Assembly (NCBI GenBank): GCA_963742735.1
Contig: CAVUMN010000001.1
Location: 64,001 to 128,000 of the forward strand
DNA length: 64,000 bases
Source of the DNA: an uncultured Actinomycetes bacterium
GTDB lineage: Bacteria > Actinomycetota > UBA4738 > JBBDTT01
Reading direction: 5' to 3'
The notes under the pieces were generated by a model that was not told where the DNA came from, made no database searches, and saw only the letters and a list, made by a program, of their open reading frames with translations. A program made the position numbers and the translations under genes. Below are positions 39,865 through 49,445 of this stretch, in pieces. Each line of letters starts with the position of its first letter. Positions within the stretch are counted from its first letter, which is position 1.

Positions 39865-40986
39865 CTAGCGCCGGGCGTCCTCGCCGGCGACGTCGCGGAC
39901 CCGGGCGAAGGCCTCCTCGGCCTCCGCGGCCAGCCGGGCGACGACCTCCTCGGCGGAGCGCTCCTCGGTCATCCGCCCCACGATCTGACCGACCGGCATC
40001 CCCGCCAGCTCGTTGGGCAGGTTCTGGAACATCCGATGCTGCGCCTCGGCGGTGAGCATGAACTGCAGCGGCATCGGCAGCGGGTCGGGGTTCTCGGGGT
40101 CGTCCCAGGCGTCCGTCCACTTGGTCCGGAGCAGCCGCGCCGGCTTGCCGGTCCACGCCCGGGTGCGGACGGTGTCGCGGCTCCCGGCGGCGAGCAGCTT
40201 CTCCTTCACCGGGCCGGGGATCTCGTTCTCGAGGGTGGTGAGCCAGATCGAGCCCGTCCACACGCCCTCGGCGCCGAGCGCGAGCGCCGCGGCGATCTGA
40301 CGTCCGGTCCCCACTCCCCCGGCCGCGAGCACCGGCTTCGGCGCCAGCGCGTCGACGACCTCGGGCCACAGGACCATGCTGGCGACGGTCCCGGTGTGTC
40401 CGGCCGCCTCGGTGCCCTGCGCGATGACGATGTCGACCCCCGCGGCGGACTGTGTGCGCGCCTGGTCGACGTGTCCCACCAGCCCGGCGACCGGGACGCC
40501 GGCCGCGTGCGAGCGCTCGATGACGTCCTCGGGCAGCGGCCCGAGGGCGCTGGACAGAAGCTTGATCGGATGCTTGAAGGCCACGTCGATCTGCGGCATC
40601 CCGGTCGCCGCCGTCCAGCCCAGGAGCTCACGGACCTCGGTCCCCTCGGGGAGCGGCGGGATGCCGGCCTCGGCCAGGACCCGCTCCACGAACGCCTTGT
40701 GCTCCGGCGGGATCTGCTCCTCCAGACCTGACATCAGGGCGACCGGATCGGAGATGTTCATGCCCTCGTACTTCACGGGCGTCACGATGTTCACGCCGTA
40801 CGGCTTGCCGTCGGTGTGCTCGTCGAGCCAGGTGAGCTCCTCCTCGAGCTCCTCCGGGCTGAACCGCAGCGCGCCCAGGACGCCGAACCCACCGGCGCGG
40901 CTCACGGCCGCGGCGACCGCACTGACGTGGGTGAACGCGAAGATCGGGTGCTCGATGCCGAACTGCTCGGTGAGCCGGGTCTTCAC
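39865..40986 (-). CDS. Nitronate monooxygenase/FabK-like flavoenzyme
   Basis: GIEHPIFAF, AQGTEAAGHTG, LAAGGVGTGRQ, PVGQIVG. Confidence 0.85.
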   Translation of the reverse strand: MKTRLTEQFGIEHPIFAFTHVSAVAAAVSRAGGFGVLGALRFSPEELEEELTWLDEHTDGKPYGVNIVTPVKYEGMNISDPVALMSGLEEQIPPEHKAFVERVLAEAGIPPLPEGTEVRELLGWTAATGMPQIDVAFKHPIKLLSSALGPLPEDVIERSHAAGVPVAGLVGHVDQARTQSAAGVDIVIAQGTEAAGHTGTVASMVLWPEVVDALAPKPVLAAGGVGTGRQIAAALALGAEGVWTGSIWLTTLENEIPGPVKEKLLAAGSRDTVRTRAWTGKPARLLRTKWTDAWDDPENPDPLPMPLQFMLTAEAQHRMFQNLPNELAGMPVGQIVGRMTEERSAEEVVARLAAEAEEAFARVRDVAGEDARR

Positions 40987-42581
40987 GAGACCGGCACCTC
41001 CTCCCCCGCGGCGACCTTCTTCGCCCACGGATAGTCGGGCTTCCCGCTGGGGTGGCGCAGGATGGTCTCGACGAACGTGTACGCGCGGGGGACCTTGTAG
41101 CCGGCCACCAGAGTACGGGCGTGGGCGTCGAGGGCTTCCTCGGTCGGGGTCGCCCCCGGGTGCGGCTGCACGACCGCGGCCACGCGTTCGCCCCACCGCT
41201 CGTCGGGGATCCCGACCACGACCGCGTCGTCCACGTCGGGGTGGCCCTTGAGCGCCGACTCGACCTCCTCGGGATAGATCTTCTCGCCGCCCGAGTTGAT
41301 GCAGACGGTTCCGCGGCCGAGGACCTTCACGATCCCGTCGGGTTCCACGAGCGCCATGTCTCCGAGCAGCACCCACCGCTCGCCGTCGATCTCCACGAAC
41401 GTCTCCGCGGTCTTCTCCGGGTCGTTGTAGTAGCCGACGGGGATGCGTCCGCGGAGGGCGACCTTGCCGACGACGTCCGAGCCGGGCTGAACGAACCGGC
41501 CCTCGTCGTCGATCACCCGAGTGCGGTCGTTCATCATGAACCGCATCCGGTCCCCGCCCGGGACGGCGCCTCCCTGGTACCCCGTCTCGGTGGCGCCGAA
41601 GTTCTCGGTGACGATGCAGTTGGGAAGCAGCGCGCGCAGCCGCTCCTTGACCGACTCCGAGAGCAGCGCGCCGGCGGAACCGAAGTAGACGAGCGAGCTC
41701 ACGTCGCGGGTCCCCACGGACCCCTCCAGGACGTCGGCCATCGGGGCGGCGATCGCGTCCCCGACCACCGTGATCGTGTTGATCTGCTCGCGTTCGATCA
41801 CGTCCCAGGCGACCTCGGGGTCGAACTTGGGGATCAGCGCCACCCGGTCGCCCCAGAAGAACGCGATGAACACGCCGAGCTGGGCCGCCCCGTGGATGAG
41901 CGGCGGGATCGGGAACTGGTTCGTGGGGGGCTTGGCCTGCGCGTTCTGGGCGAGCTCCTCGGGTGCCGAGATGGGCGTGCCCACCGGGTTCCCGCCGCCC
42001 ATGCCGGTGAAGAAGATGTCCTCCTGGCGCCACACCACGCCCTTGGGCATGCCCGTGGTCCCGCCCGTGTAGATGATGAAGTGGTCGTCGGGAGACCGCT
42101 CTGGGAAGTCGCGCTCCGGAGATGCGGCCTCCAGGGCCGCCTCGAACTCCGTCGCGCCGAGGACGTCGCAGTCGGCGCCGCTGTCGTCGTCGACGTAGAC
42201 GAACGTGCGCAGGGTGGGGACCTTCTCGCGAACCGAGGCCACCCGCGGGCAGAACTCGCGCTGCATGACCACGCCCACCAGGTCGGCGTTGTCGAACAGA
42301 TAGGTGAGCTCGGCTTCGACGTAGCGATAGTTCACGTTGATGGGGACCGCGCGAATCTTGAAGCAGGCCAGCATCGCCTCGACGTACTCGGTCCCGTTGT
42401 AGAGGTAGAGGCCGACGTGGTCGCCGGGCGCGATGCCCTGGGCGGCCAGGTGATGGGCCATCCGGTTGGCGCGCTCGTCGAGCCGGCGGTAGGTCAGGCG
42501 GCGGTCGCCGCAGACCAGCGCCTCTCGATCGGGGATGGCGTCGACGACGGACTCGAACAGGTCGGCCAGGTTGAACTGCAC
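40983..42581 (-). CDS. fadD19: Steroid-CoA ligase FadD19-like
   Basis: FNLADLFE, INVNYRYVE.EL.YL, YTGGTTGMPKGVVWRQEDIF, CINSGGEKIYPEEVE, SGKPDYPWA. Confidence 0.85.
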   Translation of the reverse strand: MQFNLADLFESVVDAIPDREALVCGDRRLTYRRLDERANRMAHHLAAQGIAPGDHVGLYLYNGTEYVEAMLACFKIRAVPINVNYRYVEAELTYLFDNADLVGVVMQREFCPRVASVREKVPTLRTFVYVDDDSGADCDVLGATEFEAALEAASPERDFPERSPDDHFIIYTGGTTGMPKGVVWRQEDIFFTGMGGGNPVGTPISAPEELAQNAQAKPPTNQFPIPPLIHGAAQLGVFIAFFWGDRVALIPKFDPEVAWDVIEREQINTITVVGDAIAAPMADVLEGSVGTRDVSSLVYFGSAGALLSESVKERLRALLPNCIVTENFGATETGYQGGAVPGGDRMRFMMNDRTRVIDDEGRFVQPGSDVVGKVALRGRIPVGYYNDPEKTAETFVEIDGERWVLLGDMALVEPDGIVKVLGRGTVCINSGGEKIYPEEVESALKGHPDVDDAVVVGIPDERWGERVAAVVQPHPGATPTEEALDAHARTLVAGYKVPRAYTFVETILRHPSGKPDYPWAKKVAAGEEVPVS

Positions 42582-42590
42582 GTCAGAAAG

Positions 42591-42604
42591 TAGAACACGT
42601 TCTC
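42591..42604. promoter_or_regulatory. KstR-type operator TAGAACACGTTCTC
   Basis: Identical to the 26297 and 30484 sites; 9 nt from the fadD19 GTG. Confidence 0.85.
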
Positions 42605-42629
42605 ATTCTGTCGCGCAAGGCCGGCTCGG

Positions 42630-43277
42630 TCAGGCCCGGGCGGTCTCCGCTCCCAGCGGGTCGCACATCTTGCAGGGCTCGAGCCCGCGGGCGCCCGCGC
42701 TGACCTTCTTCAGGTCCGTGCGGCCGGCCACCACCGCGCAGTCCGGGCGGTGGAACATCGTCCCCCCCGCGGTGGCGACGAAGGCGCCGTTCGAGCTCCC
42801 GCCCGACGACGCGCTCCCCCCTCCCGAGCCGTTGGACGAGGCGACGAGGGCCTCCTCGATCCGGCGCAGCGCCTGCTCCGTCATCTGCGCCTGACGCTTG
42901 GTCTCCTCGACCTGGCGAGTCAGCCAGTACGCGAAGTAGAACGCGGCGCCGGCGACGACGAGCCCCAGACCGAGCAGGCCGCCCGAGATCAGGTAGGGCA
43001 CCTGCTCGAACAGGTACGGGGTGTGGGCGGCGCCGTACCAGGCCGCGCCGATGAACACGAGCCCGAGGATCAGCAGGACACCGCCGGTGATCATCAGCAT
43101 GCGCGGCACGTCGAGGTTCCACCCCCGGATGCGAAGCTTCGACACCCGCTCGCGGAGCTGATCGGCCTTCGCCGCGGACTCCTGGTCCGTGGCCTCCCGG
43201 GTCGCCGCGGCCTCGGTCCCATCCTCGGCCGGGGTCTTCGGCCGGGGTGCCGCGCGGCCTCGCCGCCGTTGCGCCAT
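42630..43277 (-). CDS. Two-TM membrane protein with C-terminal HxxxC...CxxC (Ada-like Zn-finger) domain
   Basis: Two hydrophobic helices flanking EQVPYLISGG, a coiled segment, then FHRPDC...PCKMCDP. Confidence 0.72.
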   Translation of the reverse strand: MAQRRRGRAAPRPKTPAEDGTEAAATREATDQESAAKADQLRERVSKLRIRGWNLDVPRMLMITGGVLLILGLVFIGAAWYGAAHTPYLFEQVPYLISGGLLGLGLVVAGAAFYFAYWLTRQVEETKRQAQMTEQALRRIEEALVASSNGSGGGSASSGGSSNGAFVATAGGTMFHRPDCAVVAGRTDLKKVSAGARGLEPCKMCDPLGAETARA

Positions 43278-44599
43278 CAGTTACCTCCCAGTGGACATGC
43301 GTCGGCGGTGGCTTCACCGAGCAGCGCCTTGTCGGCGACCCGGCGCAGTACCCGGCTCGAGATCCCCGCGAACAGGCCCCCTCCAACTCCCATCCAGACC
43401 GGCAGGGTCGCCCCGGCCGGCGGCTCCGTGGTCCCCGTGGGGACCGGAGTGACGCCGTCGCCGGGCGGAGCGGGCGACACGATCGGGCCGGGGGCGGGCG
43501 GCAGCGTTCCCCCATCGCCCCCCGGCGGGGGCGGAGGCGGCGGCGGGGGCACGGGCGGTGAGGCCGCCGCCCGGACGGCCACCCCGCCGAGCGCGATCGT
43601 GATCGTCTGGTCGAAGGTCGTCAGGAAGCCCGGCACGTCCGGCGGGATCTGGCTGATGATCTCGGGCGGGATGTTCGAGGCCAGGGTCTTCGGCTTGAAG
43701 GTGATGATCAGCCCGCCCAGGCTTCGCGACGCGGCGGCCCCTTCGATGAGATCGATCGGCTCCGCCACGAACATCTGGATGCCGAGTTGCAGCAGCTGCT
43801 CGTTGAGCGGGCCGGTCACGTCGCGGATGGGGATCGGGACGTTGTTCTCCATGGGCGCGTGGATGCCGTCGCTGTCGACGGTGAACTCGTTGCCCTGGAT
43901 GGTGAGCCCCGACACGAGGGTTCGTCCGCTGAGCTTCGCCGTGGTTCCGTCGCTCGTCGCCTCGGCCACGGTCGAGACCTGCTCGATCTTGATCACGCCC
44001 GCGATGTCGATGTCCGAGACCGAGGAGCGGGCCACGGTCACCGCCGTCTCCCCCTCCGCCGTCCCCGTGACCCGCGACGTGGCCGTCCCGGTGCCCAGGA
44101 CGCCCTCGACCTCCGTCGAGCGGGACACCGCGAGAGCGGACAGCGCCGTGCTCTCCGCGCGCATGGCGTAGACACCGCCGTCGAGGTTCGCCGAGGACTC
44201 CTGTCCCTCGGAGGCGGGGAAGTAGGTCTCCGCCAGGATCGGGTACTTCGGCAGCAGCGGGATGCGGGGGTCCACGTCGTGCAGGGCCGCCCCGAGGTTC
44301 GCGGCGGTGGCCCCCGGCCACAGCGCGCTGGCCACCGAGTGCGACGTGCCGTTGTCGACGCTCACCTCGGCGTGCCCGAGCGAGAGCTCCTGGGTAGGAT
44401 TCGCCGGGATGGGCGCGGCCGGCTGGTGGTACGCCTCGTAGATCGGGGCCGCGCGGCCGGTCATCGAGTACGAGCCGAGCGAGGTGGTCGGTTCCTCCTG
44501 GGCGCCGGCGTTTGCCGTCGGCAGGAGACCGGCCGCCAGGAGGAGTGCCAGGACCTGCACCACGCGGAGTAGGCGGACCGTCCGCTGCCTGACGGTCAC
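43277..44599 (-). CDS. Secreted, C-terminally membrane-anchored protein (choice-of-anchor P-like)
   Basis: Signal peptide (AGA-Q), Ser/Thr/Val/Ala beta-rich body, poly-Pro linker, C-terminal hydrophobic helix followed by basic residues. Confidence 0.65.
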   Translation of the reverse strand: MTVRQRTVRLLRVVQVLALLLAAGLLPTANAGAQEEPTTSLGSYSMTGRAAPIYEAYHQPAAPIPANPTQELSLGHAEVSVDNGTSHSVASALWPGATAANLGAALHDVDPRIPLLPKYPILAETYFPASEGQESSANLDGGVYAMRAESTALSALAVSRSTEVEGVLGTGTATSRVTGTAEGETAVTVARSSVSDIDIAGVIKIEQVSTVAEATSDGTTAKLSGRTLVSGLTIQGNEFTVDSDGIHAPMENNVPIPIRDVTGPLNEQLLQLGIQMFVAEPIDLIEGAAASRSLGGLIITFKPKTLASNIPPEIISQIPPDVPGFLTTFDQTITIALGGVAVRAAASPPVPPPPPPPPPGGDGGTLPPAPGPIVSPAPPGDGVTPVPTGTTEPPAGATLPVWMGVGGGLFAGISSRVLRRVADKALLGEATADACPLGGN

Positions 44600-45300
44600 G
44601 CCGCCCCCCCGAGGTAGGCGCTGGCGAGCTCCTCCTTGATCTCCGCGGGCTGGCCGACGCTGCGGACCTTCCCGCCGACCATGATCGCGGCGTAGTCCGC
44701 GACGGACAGGGCCGTCTGCGCGAACTGCTCGACCAGCAGGATCGACACGCCGCTCGCTCCGATCTGCGCCACGATCTCGTAGAGGCGCGCAACGATCAGC
44801 GGCGCGAGCCCCATCGAGATCTCGTCCAGCAAGAGTACGGCCGGGTCGGTGGCCAGGGCCCGCGCCATGGCCAGCATCTGCTGCTCGCCGCCGGACATGG
44901 TCCCGGCCAGCTGGTGCCGGCGCTCCTTGAGGATCGGGAACCGCGCGAACGCCTCGGCCTCCACCTGGCCCCGCCCCACGTCGCCGTAGGTCATCATCCA
45001 CAGGTTCTCGCGAACCGTGAGGTTCGGGAAGATCCCCCGGCCCTCGGGCAGAGCGCACACGCCGGCGCGGGCCAGCTTGTCGGCACTGGCTCCGTTGATG
45101 TGTCGATCCGCCACGTGGACGCATCCCGAGCTCGGCTTCATCTGGCCGCTCGCCACGCGCAGGGTCGTGCTCTTGCCGGCGCCGTTCGGCCCGAGCAACG
45201 CGACGATGCTGCCCTCGGGGACGACCAGGTCCACCCCGTGGAGAACCTCGATCTTCCCGTACGCCGCGCGCACGTTGCGCAGCTCGAGGACGGCGGTCAT
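44596..45300 (-). CDS. ABC ATP-binding protein, LivF-like
   Basis: GPNGAGKST, MSGGEQQM, LLDEISMG, VEQF, AYLG. Confidence 0.92.
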   Translation of the reverse strand: MTAVLELRNVRAAYGKIEVLHGVDLVVPEGSIVALLGPNGAGKSTTLRVASGQMKPSSGCVHVADRHINGASADKLARAGVCALPEGRGIFPNLTVRENLWMMTYGDVGRGQVEAEAFARFPILKERRHQLAGTMSGGEQQMLAMARALATDPAVLLLDEISMGLAPLIVARLYEIVAQIGASGVSILLVEQFAQTALSVADYAAIMVGGKVRSVGQPAEIKEELASAYLGGAA

Positions 45301-46055
45301 CGTCCCGCCTCCACGGGCTCGGCGGGGGTCTCTTCGGTGCCCAGGTACGCCGCCTGCACGGCCGGATCGGCCTGGACCTCGGCCGGGGTGCCCTGGGCGA
45401 TCATCTGTCCGAAGTCGAGCACGTGGATGCGCTCGCAGATCCCCATGACGAGGTCGATGTCGTGCTCGACGAGGAGCACGCCGAGGTTGTCCTCGCGAGC
45501 CAGATCGCGCAGGACATCGGCCACGCGCTCCTTCTCCTCTTCGGACAGTCCCGAGGAGGCCTCGTCCAGCAGGATCAGCTGAGGGTCCATGGCGAGTGAT
45601 CGGCCGATCTCGACCAGCCGCGCCAGCCCGGTGGGAAGCGAGTCGACGCGGTCCTCCGCCACCGAGCGAAGGCCGACGGTGTCCAGGAGCCGATCGGCCA
45701 CCTTCCGTGGGTCGTCCTGGTCCTTCGACCATCGATTGCGGATCTCCCCCGCCACCAACAGGTTCTCGCGGGTGGTGAGCGTCCCGAACAGCTCGAAACG
45801 CTGGAAGGTGCGGGCGATCCCCTTGCGGGCTCGCTCGTGCGGACGGAGCTTGCTGATGTCCTCGCCGGCGAGAGTGACCTTTCCCCGCACGGTCGCCTGG
45901 AGGCCGCAGATCACGTTGAACAGCGTGGTCTTCCCGGCTCCGTTCGGCCCGATCAGGCCCGTGATGGCACCTGCCTCGGCGTCGAGGTCGGCGTCCGAGA
46001 CGGCGAGGAGTCCGCCGAAGCGCACCGTGGCCGACTCAACCTGCAGCAGCGGCAA
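45297..46055 (-). CDS. ABC ATP-binding protein, LivG-like
   Basis: TTG start after GAGGAGG; GPNGAGKTT, RTFQ, LLDEASSG, VEHD. Confidence 0.9.
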   Translation of the reverse strand: MPLLQVESATVRFGGLLAVSDADLDAEAGAITGLIGPNGAGKTTLFNVICGLQATVRGKVTLAGEDISKLRPHERARKGIARTFQRFELFGTLTTRENLLVAGEIRNRWSKDQDDPRKVADRLLDTVGLRSVAEDRVDSLPTGLARLVEIGRSLAMDPQLILLDEASSGLSEEEKERVADVLRDLAREDNLGVLLVEHDIDLVMGICERIHVLDFGQMIAQGTPAEVQADPAVQAAYLGTEETPAEPVEAGR

Positions 46056-47970
46056 CCGGCACCTCCTCCTCGTGCTCGGCGGACCCCCGGGGCGAAGGCT
46101 CGCTCGCGGGAGCCTTCTGGGCGGGTCCACCTCGGCCACCGGGCAGCAGCTTCCGAATGCCCTCGGAGATCTGGTACGCGACGCCGTTCGGCTGCCGTCC
46201 GACGCTGACCGCGGCCAGCCCGATCAGCAGCGGCACCAGCCCACCGATCTGGGGGAACTGCTCCTGGAGGATCGGCAGGAGGGCGAACGAGAGCCCGCCG
46301 ACGAGCGCACCCCCCACGGAGGTGATGCCACCGATCACCGCGAGCAGGAGCAGGGGAAGGCTCTGCAACATGATGTACTCGACGGAACCGACGTTCGTGA
46401 TCGCGCCGGCGAACAGCGCGCCGCCGACCCCGGCCATCGCGGCGGAGAGCATGAACACCGTGAGCTTCGTGCGGGTCAGCGACAGCCCGAGCGTCGCGCA
46501 CGCCACGGGGCTGTCACGCATGGCCATCAACAGCCGTCCGAACGGCCCGCGTCGGATCCACAGGACCAGCATCCCCATCAGACCGAAAACGGCAGCGAGG
46601 AACACGAGGTAGACGCGGTCGTCCGCGAACGACACGCCGAGCACCTTCAGCCGGCCGATCGGGATCGCGGAGAGGCCGAGGACGTTCCCGAAGAACAGGA
46701 ACTCCATCATCAGCGCGAAGGACATCGTCCACAGGGCGAGGTACAGGCCCTGCAGGCGCAGGGAGGGCAGGGCCACCACCGCCCCGAGGGCTCCCGACGC
46801 CACGGCGGCCAGGACGAGCCCGTGCAGGGTGTTGCCGTCGCCGGTCTTGGCCATGACGAAGGCGCCGACCCCGGCGAAGGTCATCTGGCCGAGCGAGACC
46901 TGTCCCCCGTAGCCGGTGAGGACCACCAGCGAAAGCATGATGATGGCAAGGCCGAGCCCCTGGGACAGGCGCGAGACGTCGCCGGCCTTCAGGAACAGCG
47001 ACGCCCCGAACGTCACCCCAACCAGGACGAACGTCCCCAGCAGCGCCCTCCGCGCGTTGGGCACCTTCGGGGTCACGGCGCCTACCAGTCGACCCGCCCG
47101 CAGACGCGCCTCCGGCATGAACAACAGGACCAGGAACAGGAAGATGATCGGCAGGGACGGCCTGAGCGCGTTCAGCCACCCGCTGAGCTGCACGTAGCCG
47201 ATCGCGTAGTTCTCGACGAGCCCGAGGACGATGGCCCCGGCGTAGGTGAGGGGCAAGCTCTTGAGCCGCCCGACCATGGCCGCCGCGAACGCGTTCACGA
47301 TGAGCAGGGTCAGCGAGATCACGTTCAGCGAGAGGAGCGGCGCGAGCAGGATGCCGGCCAGGGCCGCCAGCGACGCGCCGATGGCCCACGAGAGCTGGCT
47401 CACCCGGTCCGGACGGGCTCCGGTGAGGCCGGCCAGGTTGCGGTCGTCGACCACCGCGCGCATCGCCACGCCGATGCGGGTCCGGTTCAGGAACACGTAG
47501 ATGAACGCAGCAACCGCGAGGCCGGCCGCCACCGTGACGATCTGGTGCCCGGTGATGAAGATCCCACCGACGTTCACCCCCCACGGGGTGAAGAACCCGA
47601 CGACGGTTCTGGACACCTCGTTGGTCCAGACGAGCTGGGCCAGGCCGATCAGCGCCACCATGAGCCCGACCGTCACCACCAGGGACTGGGCGACGCTCGC
47701 CCCCCGGAGATTCCGGATCAGGACCCGCTCGATGAACGCGCCGATCAGCGGCGCCGCCACGAACACGACGACCACGAACGACAGAAGGGTCGGCCACCCC
47801 CAGCTCACGTGGAGCTGCCAGTAGAGGAACGCGCAGAACATCCCGATGGCCCCGTGGGCGATGTTGAAGATCCCCGACGTGATGTAGGTGACCACCAGAC
47901 CGCTCGCCGCCACCGCGTAGATCGCGCCGGTGGCGATCCCCAGGACGGTGAAGGTGATGAGCTTGTCCAC
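46036..47970 (-). CDS. Fused LivH-LivM ABC permease
   Basis: SGIFNIAHG..GVAMRAV (LivH half) and LTGYGGQVSLGQ..GLYLAL (LivM half). Confidence 0.9.
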   Translation of the reverse strand: MDKLITFTVLGIATGAIYAVAASGLVVTYITSGIFNIAHGAIGMFCAFLYWQLHVSWGWPTLLSFVVVVFVAAPLIGAFIERVLIRNLRGASVAQSLVVTVGLMVALIGLAQLVWTNEVSRTVVGFFTPWGVNVGGIFITGHQIVTVAAGLAVAAFIYVFLNRTRIGVAMRAVVDDRNLAGLTGARPDRVSQLSWAIGASLAALAGILLAPLLSLNVISLTLLIVNAFAAAMVGRLKSLPLTYAGAIVLGLVENYAIGYVQLSGWLNALRPSLPIIFLFLVLLFMPEARLRAGRLVGAVTPKVPNARRALLGTFVLVGVTFGASLFLKAGDVSRLSQGLGLAIIMLSLVVLTGYGGQVSLGQMTFAGVGAFVMAKTGDGNTLHGLVLAAVASGALGAVVALPSLRLQGLYLALWTMSFALMMEFLFFGNVLGLSAIPIGRLKVLGVSFADDRVYLVFLAAVFGLMGMLVLWIRRGPFGRLLMAMRDSPVACATLGLSLTRTKLTVFMLSAAMAGVGGALFAGAITNVGSVEYIMLQSLPLLLLAVIGGITSVGGALVGGLSFALLPILQEQFPQIGGLVPLLIGLAAVSVGRQPNGVAYQISEGIRKLLPGGRGGPAQKAPASEPSPRGSAEHEEEVPVAAAAG

Positions 47971-47982
47971 GCGACCGCCGCG

Positions 47983-49401
47983 CTACGGGCTGGTTGGGTA
48001 GGGGACCTTGCGCGTCGGCCGGTCGCACTTCCAGCCGCTGCCCGGGTGGATCCGGTGGAAGGTGTAGTTCCGGACGTCGCCGTACAGGTAGCAGGGCCCG
48101 GTCAGCTTCTGGCCCGTGAGATGGGGTCCGTGCAGCCCGTGCGAGTCCCACTCCGCCACCTTGGCGATCTCGGACAGAAACGCCTTGCGGGTCAGGTTCG
48201 GCCCGACCTTCGTGGCCACCTCCTGGAACAGGCGGCCGGCCGACCACGCGTACAGGCCGAAGAAGTCGGGCTTCTTGCCGGGCGCGACCTGCGCCAGCCA
48301 CTGCCGGTAGAGGTCCATCTCGGCGTTCCCGGACTCCTCGAACATGGCCGTGTTGATGAACCAGAACAGGTTGGTGGTGGTGATCCCGCGGTCCTTGAGG
48401 TCCTGCAGGAACAGCGGGCTGTACACCACCGAGTCGAAGTCGATGAAGTCCGGATGCCACTGCTGTTGGTCCATCGCCTGAAGCATGTTCTCGGCGCTCT
48501 GGTAGTTGCCGACGAACGTCAGGTACTTCACCGGCGGGTTGTGGTTCTTCATCTGCGACACGTAGCTCGCGTAGTTGGGGTCGGTGACCTGCGCCTCCTG
48601 GCGGTACACGAACTCGAACCCGGCCTGTTCGTACGCGCGCTCGCGCGAGGCCATGTTCGTGCGTGCCACCGGCTGGTTCAGCCAGACCGCGGCCGCTCCG
48701 GATTTCACGTCCGGGGCGGTCTGGTTCACGTAGCTGGCCGTGTCCATGATGTAGTCGGGCCGCTGGGGGTAGGCCGGGTAGTAGTTGGGCGGATAGATCT
48801 GGTCGCTCTTCCAGGCGTTCGTGCTGATCGCCGGGATGGCGGGGATGCCGCACTCGTTGCCGGCGTCGTACCCACCGCCGTCGAAGGCCGACATGGAGCC
48901 GACGATCGCGAAGTCGGCATTGCAGGCGGAGCGCGTCCCGGACTGGTTCCCGCCCGAGTTCGTCCCGGTGTCGTAGATGTCCACCGCCACCGTCCGGCCG
49001 CAGATGCCGCCGGCGTTGTTGACCATCGCCGCCCAGGCCTGCATGGCCTCCTTGGCGGGAGTGAACAGACCCGTCTGGACGCCGCTCAGATCGACCACCA
49101 CGCCGATCTTGATCTGGTCGGCGGTGACGCCGGTGTCGCTGGCCTTGTTCTCGCCCTCGGCACACGCGGAGGTGGGCGCGCCGGGCGAGCCAGTGCCGCC
49201 GGTGGGCACGGCACCCGGGCTGTTGGTCGCGCCGTCGGTCGGGACGGCTCCCGGGCTGTTGGTTGCGACGGGGTTACCGGCCGGGTCGAACGCGACGCCG
49301 CCGCTGAGGACCGCGTCGCGCTGCTCCTGGGTCAGGCGCGCACCGCAGGACACGGTAAGCAGGGCGAGGGCAAACAGGATGGCCGCCGTGCGGGACCGCA
49401 C
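47983..49401 (-). CDS. HAAT-type ABC substrate-binding lipoprotein
   Basis: GGAGG SD; lipobox TVS-C; SDTGVTADQIKIG, VNNAGGICGR, FAIVGSMS. Confidence 0.85.
   Translation of the reverse strand: MRSRTAAILFALALLTVSCGARLTQEQRDAVLSGGVAFDPAGNPVATNSPGAVPTDGATNSPGAVPTGGTGSPGAPTSACAEGENKASDTGVTADQIKIGVVVDLSGVQTGLFTPAKEAMQAWAAMVNNAGGICGRTVAVDIYDTGTNSGGNQSGTRSACNADFAIVGSMSAFDGGGYDAGNECGIPAIPAISTNAWKSDQIYPPNYYPAYPQRPDYIMDTASYVNQTAPDVKSGAAAVWLNQPVARTNMASRERAYEQAGFEFVYRQEAQVTDPNYASYVSQMKNHNPPVKYLTFVGNYQSAENMLQAMDQQQWHPDFIDFDSVVYSPLFLQDLKDRGITTTNLFWFINTAMFEESGNAEMDLYRQWLAQVAPGKKPDFFGLYAWSAGRLFQEVATKVGPNLTRKAFLSEIAKVAEWDSHGLHGPHLTGQKLTGPCYLYGDVRNYTFHRIHPGSGWKCDRPTRKVPYPTSP
49171..49266 (-). repeat. Degenerate coding tandem repeat (ATNSPGAVPT x2 plus GSPGAPT) in the SBP linker
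   Basis: CCCGGGCTGTTGGT recurs at 36-nt spacing; the repeat is visible in the translation. Confidence 0.65.
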
Positions 49402-49445
49402 GTCCCCTCCCTCCCGCGGCACCCGGGCCGCTGTCGGTTCTCAGG

